Below are positions 36,579 to 47,089 of a stretch of 64,000 nt of DNA, in pieces. Each line of letters opens with the position of its first letter. The first letter of the stretch is position 1. The notes below the pieces were generated by a model. That model worked only from the letters and a program-made list of their open reading frames with translations. It made no database searches and was not told where the DNA came from. The translations under genes were made by a program, and so were the position numbers. The stretch lies in sequence record OR296290.1. One strand, 5' to 3'. This stretch comes from Escherichia phage SDYTW1-F1-2-2_3.

Positions 36579-37382
36579 TTGGCTATCGAAAATAATGCGG
36601 TAGTAGTTACCGACTTGAATCCACTCTATCCTCGTGATAGGGATTATATCTACGAAGGGGCGGCTCAAATCCGCCTCATCAAACAAACACTACAAAACAC
36701 ATTCCCCAATATCACTGAACCAGTTAATGTTGATTCTGATACTTTTAAGATTATATCAGAGAAGCTCAAGTTTACTGGTGATTCAATGGATGTTGGTGGG
36801 CTTATGATTAAGAACGCTACTCCGGGAACTGGTGATAAAGATGTTGTCACTAAGGGTCAGATGGAAGCATTCATGAAGAATTGGATGGAGAATAAACTTT
36901 ATCGTATTGGTTCTTATTACATCACTGAGGAAGATATTAATCCGGGTGATTCTATCTCTCTTGGGTTTGGTTCTTGGGCTAAGGTTACTGGTGTTATCAT
37001 GGGTACTGGTGTAGTTAACCCTGATGGTTCGGTTCCTAATGCTCAGCGTGTTGAATTCCAAGCAGGTGGTACAGGTGGTCGTGTATTTAATACCATTCGC
37101 ACTGAGAACGTACCTCTTATGACGATTGACGGTTCTAGTTTTAAAGTTTCAAGTAACACCCACTCACATAACATGGTCTTTGGTCGTGGAGATGCAAGTG
37201 GACACAACAGCTCTCCAAACTGGTATAACCCAGGAACTGGATACAGTAAGAGAACTGAAGCAGACACTCACACTCACACCATTTCTGGTTCTGTTAGTTT
37301 TGGTCGTGATGACATCTCACGTCAACCTATTAACACTTTGCCACCATTCAGAGCGGCTCACATTTGGAGACGTATTAGCTAA
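36579..37382 (+). CDS. tail fibre-like/receptor-binding protein (putative); TTG start
   Basis: 267 aa; first in-frame start after upstream stop is TTG with GGAGGTG SD; Gly/Thr/Ser-rich beta-type sequence. Confidence 0.4.
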   Translation: MAIENNAVVVTDLNPLYPRDRDYIYEGAAQIRLIKQTLQNTFPNITEPVNVDSDTFKIISEKLKFTGDSMDVGGLMIKNATPGTGDKDVVTKGQMEAFMKNWMENKLYRIGSYYITEEDINPGDSISLGFGSWAKVTGVIMGTGVVNPDGSVPNAQRVEFQAGGTGGRVFNTIRTENVPLMTIDGSSFKVSSNTHSHNMVFGRGDASGHNSSPNWYNPGTGYSKRTEADTHTHTISGSVSFGRDDISRQPINTLPPFRAAHIWRRIS

Positions 37383-37391
37383 GGAGGAATT

Positions 37392-40391
37392 ATGGCGCTG
37401 TATCCAATCAAGTCTTTAGGTGCTATAGGCGTAATTGCTGATCAGGCTCCAACGGACTTAGCTCCTAATGCTTTCACTAATGCTATAAACGCTCGCTTTG
37501 TTGAGCAGAGGGTTTTTAAGACGGGGGGCAATGCCCCTCTTTCTTACGTAGATGAAGATAAAGATTTAACACCTCTGTCTTTTGTATCTATGCCTTTTGA
37601 CTACTATAGCGCAGGCAATAGCTTTCTTGTTGTGGGAACCGATAAGAAGTTATATAAGCTGACAGATGAAAGCTTGACTGATATAAGCCGTAAGGTTGCT
37701 ACAGTCACTAAGAGGGCTTCTGCCTCTATTAAGATTTATCCAGTTGTTTCTAGAATTATTCCTAAAGAGACTGCAATCTCTATGAACTTTAACCAGACTA
37801 AAGCTCTCGAAGTTTCTGTTCTTCCAGAGGATGCTAACAATGCTGAACTGGTCTGGAGTTTAAGTAATTCTTCTTATGGTCAGATAACAGTAGACCCGAC
37901 AGATTCTAAGAAAGCTTCTCTAAAATCTCTGAGTAAGGAAGGTAATCTAGTTGTTACCGTGAAGACTAAAGATGAGACAGTATCTGCTCAGATTGCTGTT
38001 AATATCATTGATGGTGATTCAGGTATCTTCTTAAGCCAAGACACGGTGACTGTCCGTAAAGGAAGCAATACTACGATTACAGCTGTTACTGGAAAAACTC
38101 CTGTGAGCTGGTCTACTAACAACGGAGCTATTGTATCAGTTGTTCCTAACACAAATACCCTAACTGCTGTTATCACAGCTAACGGCACAGGAACTGCAAC
38201 CATTACAGCAGACAATGGAACGAAGACTGCTACTTGTACTGTTAACGCAATACCTCAGATTGATAGTGTTTCTTTAAGTCAGACTGATGTTACTGTTAAC
38301 AGAGGTACTCAGTATATTCTCACAGCTACAGTATCTCCAGCTAATGCTCCTAATAAGAACATTACTTGGACCTCCTCTAATCCAAACATTGCTACAGTAT
38401 CTGGCACAGGAACAGAAGCTACCATCACTGCAATTACAGCTGGGTTTACAGAGATTACTGCTACTACTCAAGAAGGTAATAGAACTGCTGTTTGTACTGT
38501 CCGTGTTGAGCTTGCTGGTAGAATGTTAAGATCTTCCTTTATGGCAACAGCAGAACCAGAACCAGTTTCTGAAGAAGTTGTAGTTCCTGAATCAGAGGAT
38601 GTTGTTTATTTTGCAGCACCTACATCTGGAATAGACACAACAGGGATGGCTGAAGGTAATAGCTTCTACGACTACTCTAACGTAAACGATATGGAAGGTT
38701 TTGCAAGAGCTTCTCTCTTTGCCACTCCTCTTGATTCTGTAACATTAGATGTTGTCAGTGCTTCTCTTGATGTTGGAGAAGAGATTGTTATTACAGCTAC
38801 TGCTTCCCCTGAAGGAGAGTATTCATACCTTTGGTCTGTAGATAAAACTGGTTATGTTTCTACAACATCTGTAACAGGGAAAACACTTAAACTTACCGCT
38901 CTTCGTAAAGGTGAGATTAATGTAACTTGTACAGTAAGCCAGATGACTCAGAGAGACTATGATGCATTTGATGATTATCCTTGGTATCATGCAGTAATCT
39001 CCAACTGTGCAGTAGCAACCACTCATTATGAAACACCTCAGGTTAAAGAGTTTGAATCTGAATATTTTGTAGATCTTCCGGGATGGGGTGAACAGACAGT
39101 AGTGGATAATGATGGGAACCCTTCGGTTAAGAAATTCAACTGGAAGTGTGAGAGAGTAAGATCTTTCAACAACAGATTGTTTGCTCTGAATATGAGGGAG
39201 TCTAATGCATCTGGTGTTACCACTAACTACCCGCTTCGTCTTCGTTGGTCTAACTTTGCCAATGAGAACAAAGCTCCTACGTTATGGGATGACTTCGCTT
39301 ATGATCGAGTTGTGTCTTCGGACCTAGCTTCTAATATCGTAGGTCAGACTCAGGCGCTAGAGAATGGCTACGCTGGTTACATAGACTTGGCTGACTCTAA
39401 CGGTAGCTTGATTGATATTCTTCCTCTTAAAGATTACTTGTTCGTTTATACAGAGTTTGAAACGTACATTGGTTCTCCAACTAATAACACGTACCAGCCT
39501 CTTATGTTCAAGAAACTCTTTAACGATTCCGGTATCCTTGCCCCTGAGTGTGTAGTAGAAGTTGAAGGTAGTCATTTCGTAGTCACTCAGAACGACGTGA
39601 TCTTACACAATGGTGCAACTAAGAAGTCAATCGCTTCTAACCGTGTTAAGAATATGCTGATTAATGAGATATGTCTGGTTAACCCTTTAGCAACTCGGGT
39701 GCATTTGCATCAGGACAAGAAAGAAGTTTGGGTTCTCTATGTAGGTCCGGGAGAGCCGAAAGAAAGCTTCGCTTGTACTAAAGCTGCTGTATGGAACTAC
39801 GAGTTTGATACTTGGTCTTTCCGTACTATCCCATATGCTCAATGTATTGGTCTGGTTGATCCTCCTGTTCTTGAGAGAGGTCCAATCTGGGCTGACTTCC
39901 AAGAGATCACCTGGGATGACCCTTCAATCAAAGAGCTTGTTTGGAGAAAAGATGCAACTAACTTCCGTCAGAGGGTTACTATAGTAGGTTCGTTCTTACG
40001 AGGTTTCTATCAAGTGGATGTTGGTGCTTTGGATTACTTCTATGATAGGCTTAATGATAAGGTTATAGAAAAACCACTGGAGATGAGGTTAGAGAGAACT
40101 GGTATGGATTTTGATAACATCACTAACGAATGGAATCAGAAACATATCAACAGGTTCAGACCTCAGACGACAGGTTCCGGTACGTATACTTTTGAAGCAG
40201 GTGGTAGTCAATTCTCTAACGAGTATGGTCATCCACACACATCTAAGACGTATACGATTGGTGTTGATAGGCATGTCTCGGTGAGACTGAACCATCCATA
40301 CCTTTTCTATAATGTTATAGATAATGATGTTAACAGTAATGCTGCTATCAATGGGTTAACGATAGAGTTTGCTGTTGGCGGGCGGAGATAA
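37392..40391 (+). CDS. large virion protein with multiple Ig-like (Big_2-type) domains
   Basis: 999 aa; at least three segments with ...VTV..G....ITA.V.P..A.N..V.W.S.N..IATV... pattern. Confidence 0.55.
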   Translation: MALYPIKSLGAIGVIADQAPTDLAPNAFTNAINARFVEQRVFKTGGNAPLSYVDEDKDLTPLSFVSMPFDYYSAGNSFLVVGTDKKLYKLTDESLTDISRKVATVTKRASASIKIYPVVSRIIPKETAISMNFNQTKALEVSVLPEDANNAELVWSLSNSSYGQITVDPTDSKKASLKSLSKEGNLVVTVKTKDETVSAQIAVNIIDGDSGIFLSQDTVTVRKGSNTTITAVTGKTPVSWSTNNGAIVSVVPNTNTLTAVITANGTGTATITADNGTKTATCTVNAIPQIDSVSLSQTDVTVNRGTQYILTATVSPANAPNKNITWTSSNPNIATVSGTGTEATITAITAGFTEITATTQEGNRTAVCTVRVELAGRMLRSSFMATAEPEPVSEEVVVPESEDVVYFAAPTSGIDTTGMAEGNSFYDYSNVNDMEGFARASLFATPLDSVTLDVVSASLDVGEEIVITATASPEGEYSYLWSVDKTGYVSTTSVTGKTLKLTALRKGEINVTCTVSQMTQRDYDAFDDYPWYHAVISNCAVATTHYETPQVKEFESEYFVDLPGWGEQTVVDNDGNPSVKKFNWKCERVRSFNNRLFALNMRESNASGVTTNYPLRLRWSNFANENKAPTLWDDFAYDRVVSSDLASNIVGQTQALENGYAGYIDLADSNGSLIDILPLKDYLFVYTEFETYIGSPTNNTYQPLMFKKLFNDSGILAPECVVEVEGSHFVVTQNDVILHNGATKKSIASNRVKNMLINEICLVNPLATRVHLHQDKKEVWVLYVGPGEPKESFACTKAAVWNYEFDTWSFRTIPYAQCIGLVDPPVLERGPIWADFQEITWDDPSIKELVWRKDATNFRQRVTIVGSFLRGFYQVDVGALDYFYDRLNDKVIEKPLEMRLERTGMDFDNITNEWNQKHINRFRPQTTGSGTYTFEAGGSQFSNEYGHPHTSKTYTIGVDRHVSVRLNHPYLFYNVIDNDVNSNAAINGLTIEFAVGGRR

Positions 40392-40397
40392 CAACAA

Positions 40398-40424
40398 GGG
40401 GCTTCGTGCCCCTTTTATTGTTTT
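40398..40424 (+). terminator. rho-independent terminator after 999-aa gene
   Basis: GGGGC-TTCGT-GCCCC followed by TTTTATTGTTTT. Confidence 0.55.
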
Positions 40425-40434
40425 GGAGGAACTT

Positions 40435-41448
40435 ATGGGTGCAGGTGGTTTTCGTAAGAACACTGGTCGCAATAACACCACACTCCCGTACAACGTTGGG
40501 TTTCTCAATAATGTACAGGACACAGAAACTTATAACGTAGCCGTGTATGATGAACTACAGAAAGTCAGCACAGCTACTAACCAAATGTTCCAAGCTATTG
40601 ATGAGATTCACGATGAGATTGATGTTCGTATCAAAGCTCTTAATGCGATGAACTTACAATTTGATGAGCTTGAGAACAGGATTACTACAGAGATTGAAAC
40701 AGCTATTGCAGACATCATCACACAGATGGGCAACTTATCCACTGATGACATTTGGGATAACTCAGTACAGCCTCCGGTTAAACTGGAAAGCTCTATCTCT
40801 GGTATTAAAACAAGTATCGAAGGCAATGATTTAAAGATTCAAACTGTGCAAGGGATTGTTAATGACCAAGGTGAAGAGATTGCTTTGGTTCAAACAGAAT
40901 TAACCTCTCAAGGTCAACAAATCTCTGACGTAGACGGCAGAGTTACCACTGTTCAAAACTCTCTATCCCAGTACATGAAGCTTACCTCATACGAAGCAAC
41001 TTGGGGTGTTAACTCTTCTGTTAACGGTCAGTACGCTGGAGTTAAGCTAACTAACAATGGAACAAACAGTCAATTCCAAGTAACAGCTAACAAGTTCATC
41101 GTTGGTAATGGCACGACAGGGAATACTCCTTTTGTGTTTGAGAACGGAAGAGCTAGGATGGAGTTCGCTGATATAAAGAACGTCAACATTACAACTGCTA
41201 TGATTGCTAATGCTAGGATTCAGTGGGCACAGATTGATAATGTTAGTATAACAAATGCACAAATAACGAGTTTATCTGCTAATAAAATAACAGCGGGAGC
41301 TATGAGTGGTTCAAACTGGAGACTCACTGTTGGTGGTGATTTTCAATTAGGTGCTGGTTCTGGTAGTAACCGGTTGTGGATGAATGGTAGCCGTATCGAC
41401 TTCTATGATGCAAGCGGTACGCTCCGTATTAGAATAGGGACTTGGTAA
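40435..41448 (+). CDS. tail-associated structural protein (putative)
   Basis: Track ORF trimmed to ATG 40435 with GGAGGAA SD; helical N-half, beta-rich C-half. Confidence 0.45.
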   Translation: MGAGGFRKNTGRNNTTLPYNVGFLNNVQDTETYNVAVYDELQKVSTATNQMFQAIDEIHDEIDVRIKALNAMNLQFDELENRITTEIETAIADIITQMGNLSTDDIWDNSVQPPVKLESSISGIKTSIEGNDLKIQTVQGIVNDQGEEIALVQTELTSQGQQISDVDGRVTTVQNSLSQYMKLTSYEATWGVNSSVNGQYAGVKLTNNGTNSQFQVTANKFIVGNGTTGNTPFVFENGRARMEFADIKNVNITTAMIANARIQWAQIDNVSITNAQITSLSANKITAGAMSGSNWRLTVGGDFQLGAGSGSNRLWMNGSRIDFYDASGTLRIRIGTW

Positions 41449-41449
41449 T

Positions 41450-42484
41450 ATGGCATATGGAATATGGACAACACCAGCCGGGCCGGGACCAGCTTCTCCG
41501 GCTGAGCTTTTTATCGACAGTGGTACTACTTTCCCTCAATTAAGAAACAGGGTCAGTGGTAATTTCACCTTTAATGGCAAAACATGTGATCTACCTATCA
41601 GTGGGTGGGATGGTAGTGGTCAGATAGTTATAGTACCTACAGGTTCTGTGGTTTGGGAACGATACATACCTCCTAACGTAACATCAGACGTCTACTGGCT
41701 AACTAATATATCTGTTATTAACAGGTCTACTTTCAGAGTTACTATGGATTACAATGTTAATGGTTGGATATTTGATATGGCTTTTAATGTTTATCAAATC
41801 TGGCCTAGGGCGAATAGAAACTACGGCATAACCTTTTCCAACTCAGCAGATTACTTCTCTATCTCTGATGCAGGTGTTGTTGGTCAGTGTATCTGGGCTT
41901 GGGAGGGAAATATAAATAGTTCTATGCAAATCCCAGCTATTAGCGGTTTTGATATGAATAGAGCGTCTGTTTTTGCTAACTGGAACAACGGGAGTGCTGG
42001 ACTGCTGTATAACCCTTCTAACAGGACTGTGTATGTTTATCAAAACAGATCTCATAATAACGGGAACACAAACCAAACAGGCTCTATTAGCGGCGTTAGA
42101 ATCGCAGTATTCTGTGATGGTGCGGGAGTTCCTACTCACAACGGTGGACTAAACATATATTCCCCTAATGGTTCTCAATGTGTATTTTCCACATACAGAA
42201 CACCTTTCATGGTTGATAGGTTTATGCCTATGAGTGGGGGCAATACCACATTGTCATACCCTATGATTCCTCTTTCTTATGGAGCTGGAGCCATAAGAGG
42301 AAGCGCTAGTGGATGGTATTTCCAACATGCAAGATCTCACACAATGAGTGGTTCTTCCTTTGGTACAGGTTATGGTAGGATGATCTATTCTTGGTCCAAC
42401 CAATATGACTTAGGTGGAGGTGGGGCTATTGGTTTAAACATCCCAGTCCTAGATGCTAGGAAGATTTTTAGAAGCATACAATAA
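41450..42484 (+). CDS. virion structural protein
   Basis: 344 aa; start overlaps upstream stop (TAATATG). Confidence 0.45.
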   Translation: MAYGIWTTPAGPGPASPAELFIDSGTTFPQLRNRVSGNFTFNGKTCDLPISGWDGSGQIVIVPTGSVVWERYIPPNVTSDVYWLTNISVINRSTFRVTMDYNVNGWIFDMAFNVYQIWPRANRNYGITFSNSADYFSISDAGVVGQCIWAWEGNINSSMQIPAISGFDMNRASVFANWNNGSAGLLYNPSNRTVYVYQNRSHNNGNTNQTGSISGVRIAVFCDGAGVPTHNGGLNIYSPNGSQCVFSTYRTPFMVDRFMPMSGGNTTLSYPMIPLSYGAGAIRGSASGWYFQHARSHTMSGSSFGTGYGRMIYSWSNQYDLGGGGAIGLNIPVLDARKIFRSIQ

Positions 42485-42493
42485 GGAGAGCTT

Positions 42494-43276
42494 ATGGCAA
42501 TTAGAATGGGTATAGAAGAACTAGACCCGATGGTTCAACAGGCTTCAAAGAAGTATGGAATACCAGCTGCTTTGATTCATGCTGTAATTCAAAGGGAGTC
42601 TAGTGGTCGTCCTAAAGTGGCTTCCGGAACTGGTCCTGTTGGTTTAATGCAGATCAGTAAAGGGTTAGCCAAAGACTATGGTTACAAACTAGAAGACAGA
42701 CTTGACCCAGCAAAGAATATCGATATGGGTGCTCGTTATATAAGAGATAACCTGAAAGCTTTCAACGGTGATGTTAAGAAAGCAATGGTTGGTTACTCAG
42801 AAGGAACTGGTGGTGCTAAGCAGATGTTCGCTGGTAAGAAAGGATTTACTCCTCAAGCTCTTGACTCAATGAACAACAAACACTTCCTCCCGTTTTATGG
42901 TGATGCAGCTTCTCAGATTGCTAACCCAATTGGAGCTTTGCAAGCTGTTCAACCAGTCAATCAGTTTAATCCTGACTTGTTAGACAGAGAGAAGGCTGCA
43001 CAAGCTCCCACTCAGGCAGAGATTGCTGCTTCTAAGACAGGTGCTTTAGGTGGTAATCCGGTAGAGTTTTACTCTGATGAAGTCCAAGAAGGAGAAGACC
43101 AGAAGCCTCAACAGAACTTTGGTAATGCAGTATTAGGAGTAGCTGCTATGCTTGCTGGTAAACCTCCTACATCTCAAACAGTTCAGAGAGCGAGTGCACC
43201 ACATGCGGCAGGTTCTCAGTACAGCCCACAAACACAAGCAGTGCTTAGACGTTTGGCTAGCATTGGTGTTAAGTAA
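42494..43276 (+). CDS. virion-associated lytic transglycosylase (SLT domain)
   Basis: 260 aa; QRESSGRP...GPVGLMQI matches the SLT catalytic-Glu motif. Confidence 0.65.
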   Translation: MAIRMGIEELDPMVQQASKKYGIPAALIHAVIQRESSGRPKVASGTGPVGLMQISKGLAKDYGYKLEDRLDPAKNIDMGARYIRDNLKAFNGDVKKAMVGYSEGTGGAKQMFAGKKGFTPQALDSMNNKHFLPFYGDAASQIANPIGALQAVQPVNQFNPDLLDREKAAQAPTQAEIAASKTGALGGNPVEFYSDEVQEGEDQKPQQNFGNAVLGVAAMLAGKPPTSQTVQRASAPHAAGSQYSPQTQAVLRRLASIGVK

Positions 43277-43295
43277 TAATCGTTAAGGAGGACTT

Positions 43296-44348
43296 ATGTC
43301 TTTATTTGGAAAATCAGCTTCTAGCAAAACCACAGTGGCTCCTTCCTCTCAGGTTGATGCCCTGCTGAAGCAGATTGTTGCTAATGCTCAGAATATGCAG
43401 AACAACGATCAGGGATTTATTTCCCAACAGCTGGCTGGGTTTAATGGCAACCAACAAGGTGCTCTGAATAACTTAGCAGCTTCTACAACTCAAAAGCAAT
43501 TGGCTGATATGTACACACCTCGTACACAGCAAGGTTTGGACCAACTGAACTCTCTTGCCAAACAGTATCAGAATATTGTTAATGGTGGCGGTTTAACTGC
43601 TGATGGTGTTAACAACTTTAGTAAAGGATTAAATAGCTCAGCTCTTGCTCAGGCTACTAGCAAAGCAGCTTCTAATGTTTCTCTTGGCAATGGCTCTGAT
43701 TCAGGCTCTCTCCGTAGGGCTGCGGCTCAAGGGGCGGCTTTGAATGGTGCTAATACAAATCTATCTCGTACCATCAATGGTAAGAACATGGGAATCAGTG
43801 CTCTTCAACAAGACCAGAACTTCCAGAGAGGTTTGCTTGGTGCTCAGTCTGGTTTAGCTGGACAGAATCTCAATCTTGGTGCTCAAGGTGTTCAGTCAAC
43901 TCAGCAAGCTATCCAGAATCAACTTATGGCTGGTAATCTACAACAGCAACAAGCTCAAGCTCAAGCAGATATCAATTGGCAAAACGCTATTGGTTCTCAG
44001 CAGTATGGATGGAATCAGCTTAACAACCAGCTTAATGTATTAAACAGTGTAAGCCCAATGGCTGGATACACAATTAAGAATGCTGCTCCGGGGGTTAATA
44101 CTGGACAACAGCTCCTAGGTGCTGGTATCACTGGTTTAGGTATTGCAGGTCGTATGGGAGCTTTCTCTCCTAACCAACAGACTCAGAATGCTTGGAGTTC
44201 CTATAACAACTCAGGTGGGCAGTCTGGTATGGCTGGTCCTATGATTGGAGGTTCTAATCTTTCTCAACAGAAAGGTCAGTCTAACTGGTTATCCACAACG
44301 GGTAATAATATCTTAGGCGGTGTCTTAGGGGCATTCGGAGCAAACTAA
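43296..44348 (+). CDS. Q/N/G-rich internal virion protein
   Basis: 350 aa, low-complexity Gln/Asn/Gly/Ala; paralogous to next gene. Confidence 0.5.
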   Translation: MSLFGKSASSKTTVAPSSQVDALLKQIVANAQNMQNNDQGFISQQLAGFNGNQQGALNNLAASTTQKQLADMYTPRTQQGLDQLNSLAKQYQNIVNGGGLTADGVNNFSKGLNSSALAQATSKAASNVSLGNGSDSGSLRRAAAQGAALNGANTNLSRTINGKNMGISALQQDQNFQRGLLGAQSGLAGQNLNLGAQGVQSTQQAIQNQLMAGNLQQQQAQAQADINWQNAIGSQQYGWNQLNNQLNVLNSVSPMAGYTIKNAAPGVNTGQQLLGAGITGLGIAGRMGAFSPNQQTQNAWSSYNNSGGQSGMAGPMIGGSNLSQQKGQSNWLSTTGNNILGGVLGAFGAN

Positions 44349-44360
44349 AGGAGATTTGAT

Positions 44361-45329
44361 ATGGCTTTATTTGGAGGAGGGAATAGTAAAACTACTTCCC
44401 AAATGATTCGCCCTGAATACATTCAACAGTATATTGACCAGCTTAACCAACAGATTGGTAATACTAGTTCAGGGGATTATGTTTATCGTGACAATGTAGG
44501 ATTTAATAACAACCAGACAGAAGCTCTTAACAACTTGGCACAATCTGGCGCTCTAGGGACTCTCTCGCAGCAATATATGGATGCAGCAGGTCAAGGGTTA
44601 GGTTATCTGGATAATGCCTATAAAGGCTACCAGAGCCTCTCTGGACAAGGTGGGATTACTGGAGAACAGATTGGTGCTCTTGCTGGTCAACTGTATGATG
44701 ACGATGCTGTGCAAGCAGCTATTACAGCTAATAATGAACAAGTTCAACAGAACCTAGCACGTAATGCTCTTCCTCAGCTAGCTCAACAGTATGCTGGTCA
44801 GCAGGGTTCAGGTGCTCGTATGGCTAAGTCTTTTGCTCAAGGTGATGCTCTGAATCAGATGCAAAGCCAAGCAACAGATATTACTAACAGTGCTTATAAC
44901 TCGGCTATCAACCAAGCTGAAAGCATTCTCTCTGGTAATAGACAGAATCAGGCAGCTGCTCTCTCAGGTCTTTCTACTATTGGTTCTAACCTTTCCAATT
45001 TAGGTCAACAAGGTGCTGATCTATCTCAACAACAAATATTAAACCAATGGAAGGCTGGGTTGCAGCAACAACAGCAACAACAGAATGAATATGATAATGC
45101 CTACCAGAATGCTCAGAACGCAGCTAATTGGGGATGGCAAGATATCAACAACCAACTCGGTGCAGCAGGTGTACTTAACGGCGCTCTCGGACAAACTACA
45201 ACTACTAAAACATCTGGTGGGGGTGGTGGCTTCTTAGGTGGAGCTATGAGTGGTGCAGCAGCTGGCTCTTCTTTTGGTCCTTGGGGTGCCTTGGCTGGAG
45301 GGGTGATTGGCGGGATGGCTAGTTCTTAA
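44361..45329 (+). CDS. Q/N/G-rich internal virion protein (paralog)
   Basis: 322 aa; shares FN.NQ..ALNNLA... segment with 43296-44348. Confidence 0.5.
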   Translation: MALFGGGNSKTTSQMIRPEYIQQYIDQLNQQIGNTSSGDYVYRDNVGFNNNQTEALNNLAQSGALGTLSQQYMDAAGQGLGYLDNAYKGYQSLSGQGGITGEQIGALAGQLYDDDAVQAAITANNEQVQQNLARNALPQLAQQYAGQQGSGARMAKSFAQGDALNQMQSQATDITNSAYNSAINQAESILSGNRQNQAAALSGLSTIGSNLSNLGQQGADLSQQQILNQWKAGLQQQQQQQNEYDNAYQNAQNAANWGWQDINNQLGAAGVLNGALGQTTTTKTSGGGGGFLGGAMSGAAAGSSFGPWGALAGGVIGGMASS

Positions 45330-45342
45330 TTAGGAGATAAAT

Positions 45343-47022
45343 ATGCAACAGACAACTTACGCTCAGGTCAGAAGTCGTGACCCGAGAAATACTTTCTATG
45401 GTGTTAATCCGGGAGCGGCTTCGGCCTCTCCTTATATGGCTAGACCTACTCAGACAGCGGATGTTTCTATGTACCAGCGTCCTGCTGTACCTTCATCTCT
45501 CGCAGGTCTTGTCTCTCAGGCAGAAGAAGATCAGAATGCTATGGTGAATCCGGGATTCCAGCAACGTCTTATGGAACAACAGAATCAAGGAACCCCAACA
45601 AGTCTTCAGGGTATTGACATTGGAGCACCAGCCCCTGTAGCAGCTAATCCTAATTTATCTACTGATCAAGGTTTGCAGGATGCTGGACTTATGCCTAGTG
45701 ACCCTCTTCCGGTGACACCTCCTGCCAAGCCACTAGAAACTGGTCCTATGGAGTTTACTCCTTCTCAGGTTGAACAAGCACAAGGTGTTGTTAATACTCT
45801 TGCTCAAGGACAAGACACCGGTGACGGAATGGCTGCTGCTACTCGTACTAAAGATCAAGAGCGTGTTAACAATGATATCTTGCAAGTTGCAAAAGCTAAA
45901 GATCCTTCAGAAGCTTGGAAGAAGTTACAGAAAGAACCTTTCTATCAGAACTCTAGTTTCTATACAGGTTTAATGGGTGTAGGTCTTTCTATCATGTCAG
46001 GTAAATCTCCTATCGAAGCATTCCAGATTGGTCAGGGGATGGCTAATCAAGATGAGACTAAAAAGCAACTGGAAGCTAACCGTGATGCTCTGATTGAACA
46101 AGGTTTCTCTCAAGACTCAATTGCAGCTGCTATAGCTCAGGGTGATCCTTCTCTTCTGAAGATGAAAGCTAAAGACCCTCTTCAACAGGAAGCTCTGTAT
46201 GCTGCTCGTGAAGAACGTCAGAATGCTGAGTGGGATAGACGTCAAGCTATCAATGAAGAATCTGCTGAGAGAAACCGTAAGGCTACTTTGGAAAATCAGT
46301 TAGCTCTGGCGGAAGCGCGTGGTGAGATTACTCGCGACAACCTTTTGTTCAAGAAGGATCACAATGTTCGTAGAACATCTCCCAAGTGGGAAAAAACAGA
46401 GGAGCTTGGTGGTATTACTCCTAACTTGCGAGATAAATTACAGCAATCTTATCGTCCTGTTATTAATGTCCTAGCTTCTCGAAACAAGTGGATGGCTCCT
46501 ACAGAGGCTGCTATTTCTAAACTAGGAACTGGTGCAAATTCTCAAGAGAACTCAGCTCAGCAACGTGCTGCTATTGAGAACTTGACTAAACTTATTCAGG
46601 GTGGTTTAGCTTCTATTAACGGAGAAGTTATGAATGAGCTTACAGGTGATCCAGATTGGGTTAACAACAAGTTGAATAAGATTCAGATGATGGCAGGTCA
46701 AGGTCCGACCGAAGCAAATATCAAGTGGCTTAAAGCACTCGGTACAGAGATTCAAGAGATTGATAAAGAGGCAACTAAGTACCAAGTAGCCCCTCTAGTG
46801 GAATCTTTGATTCTTGATAGTGGTTTGGCTCCTGAAAATGCTATCAGAGCTGCTAACTCTATTTTTGCTCCTGGCTCTGTTCGACTCACTACTGAGGAGT
46901 TTAAAGAATGGTCTCGTGGACATAGTAAAGTTCACGATAAAACATTCCCTGATGACAAGCCTTCTAAATTGAAGGGTGGTGCTTTATCTGGTTCTTCAGA
47001 TACTAGCTGGTTCACTCAATAA
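45343..47022 (+). CDS. virion structural/internal protein
   Basis: 559-aa ORF in structural block. Confidence 0.45.
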   Translation: MQQTTYAQVRSRDPRNTFYGVNPGAASASPYMARPTQTADVSMYQRPAVPSSLAGLVSQAEEDQNAMVNPGFQQRLMEQQNQGTPTSLQGIDIGAPAPVAANPNLSTDQGLQDAGLMPSDPLPVTPPAKPLETGPMEFTPSQVEQAQGVVNTLAQGQDTGDGMAAATRTKDQERVNNDILQVAKAKDPSEAWKKLQKEPFYQNSSFYTGLMGVGLSIMSGKSPIEAFQIGQGMANQDETKKQLEANRDALIEQGFSQDSIAAAIAQGDPSLLKMKAKDPLQQEALYAAREERQNAEWDRRQAINEESAERNRKATLENQLALAEARGEITRDNLLFKKDHNVRRTSPKWEKTEELGGITPNLRDKLQQSYRPVINVLASRNKWMAPTEAAISKLGTGANSQENSAQQRAAIENLTKLIQGGLASINGEVMNELTGDPDWVNNKLNKIQMMAGQGPTEANIKWLKALGTEIQEIDKEATKYQVAPLVESLILDSGLAPENAIRAANSIFAPGSVRLTTEEFKEWSRGHSKVHDKTFPDDKPSKLKGGALSGSSDTSWFTQ

Positions 47023-47042
47023 GACCTAAGTCCTGCCTTCTA

Positions 47043-47051
47043 TAATGTATA
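47043..47051 (+). promoter_or_regulatory. TAATGTATA promoter-like motif
   Basis: Exact TAATGTATATA 38 nt upstream of ATG 47090. Confidence 0.4.
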
Positions 47052-47089
47052 TAGGGGGTAGGACATTTTTATTTATAAAAGGAGACGTT

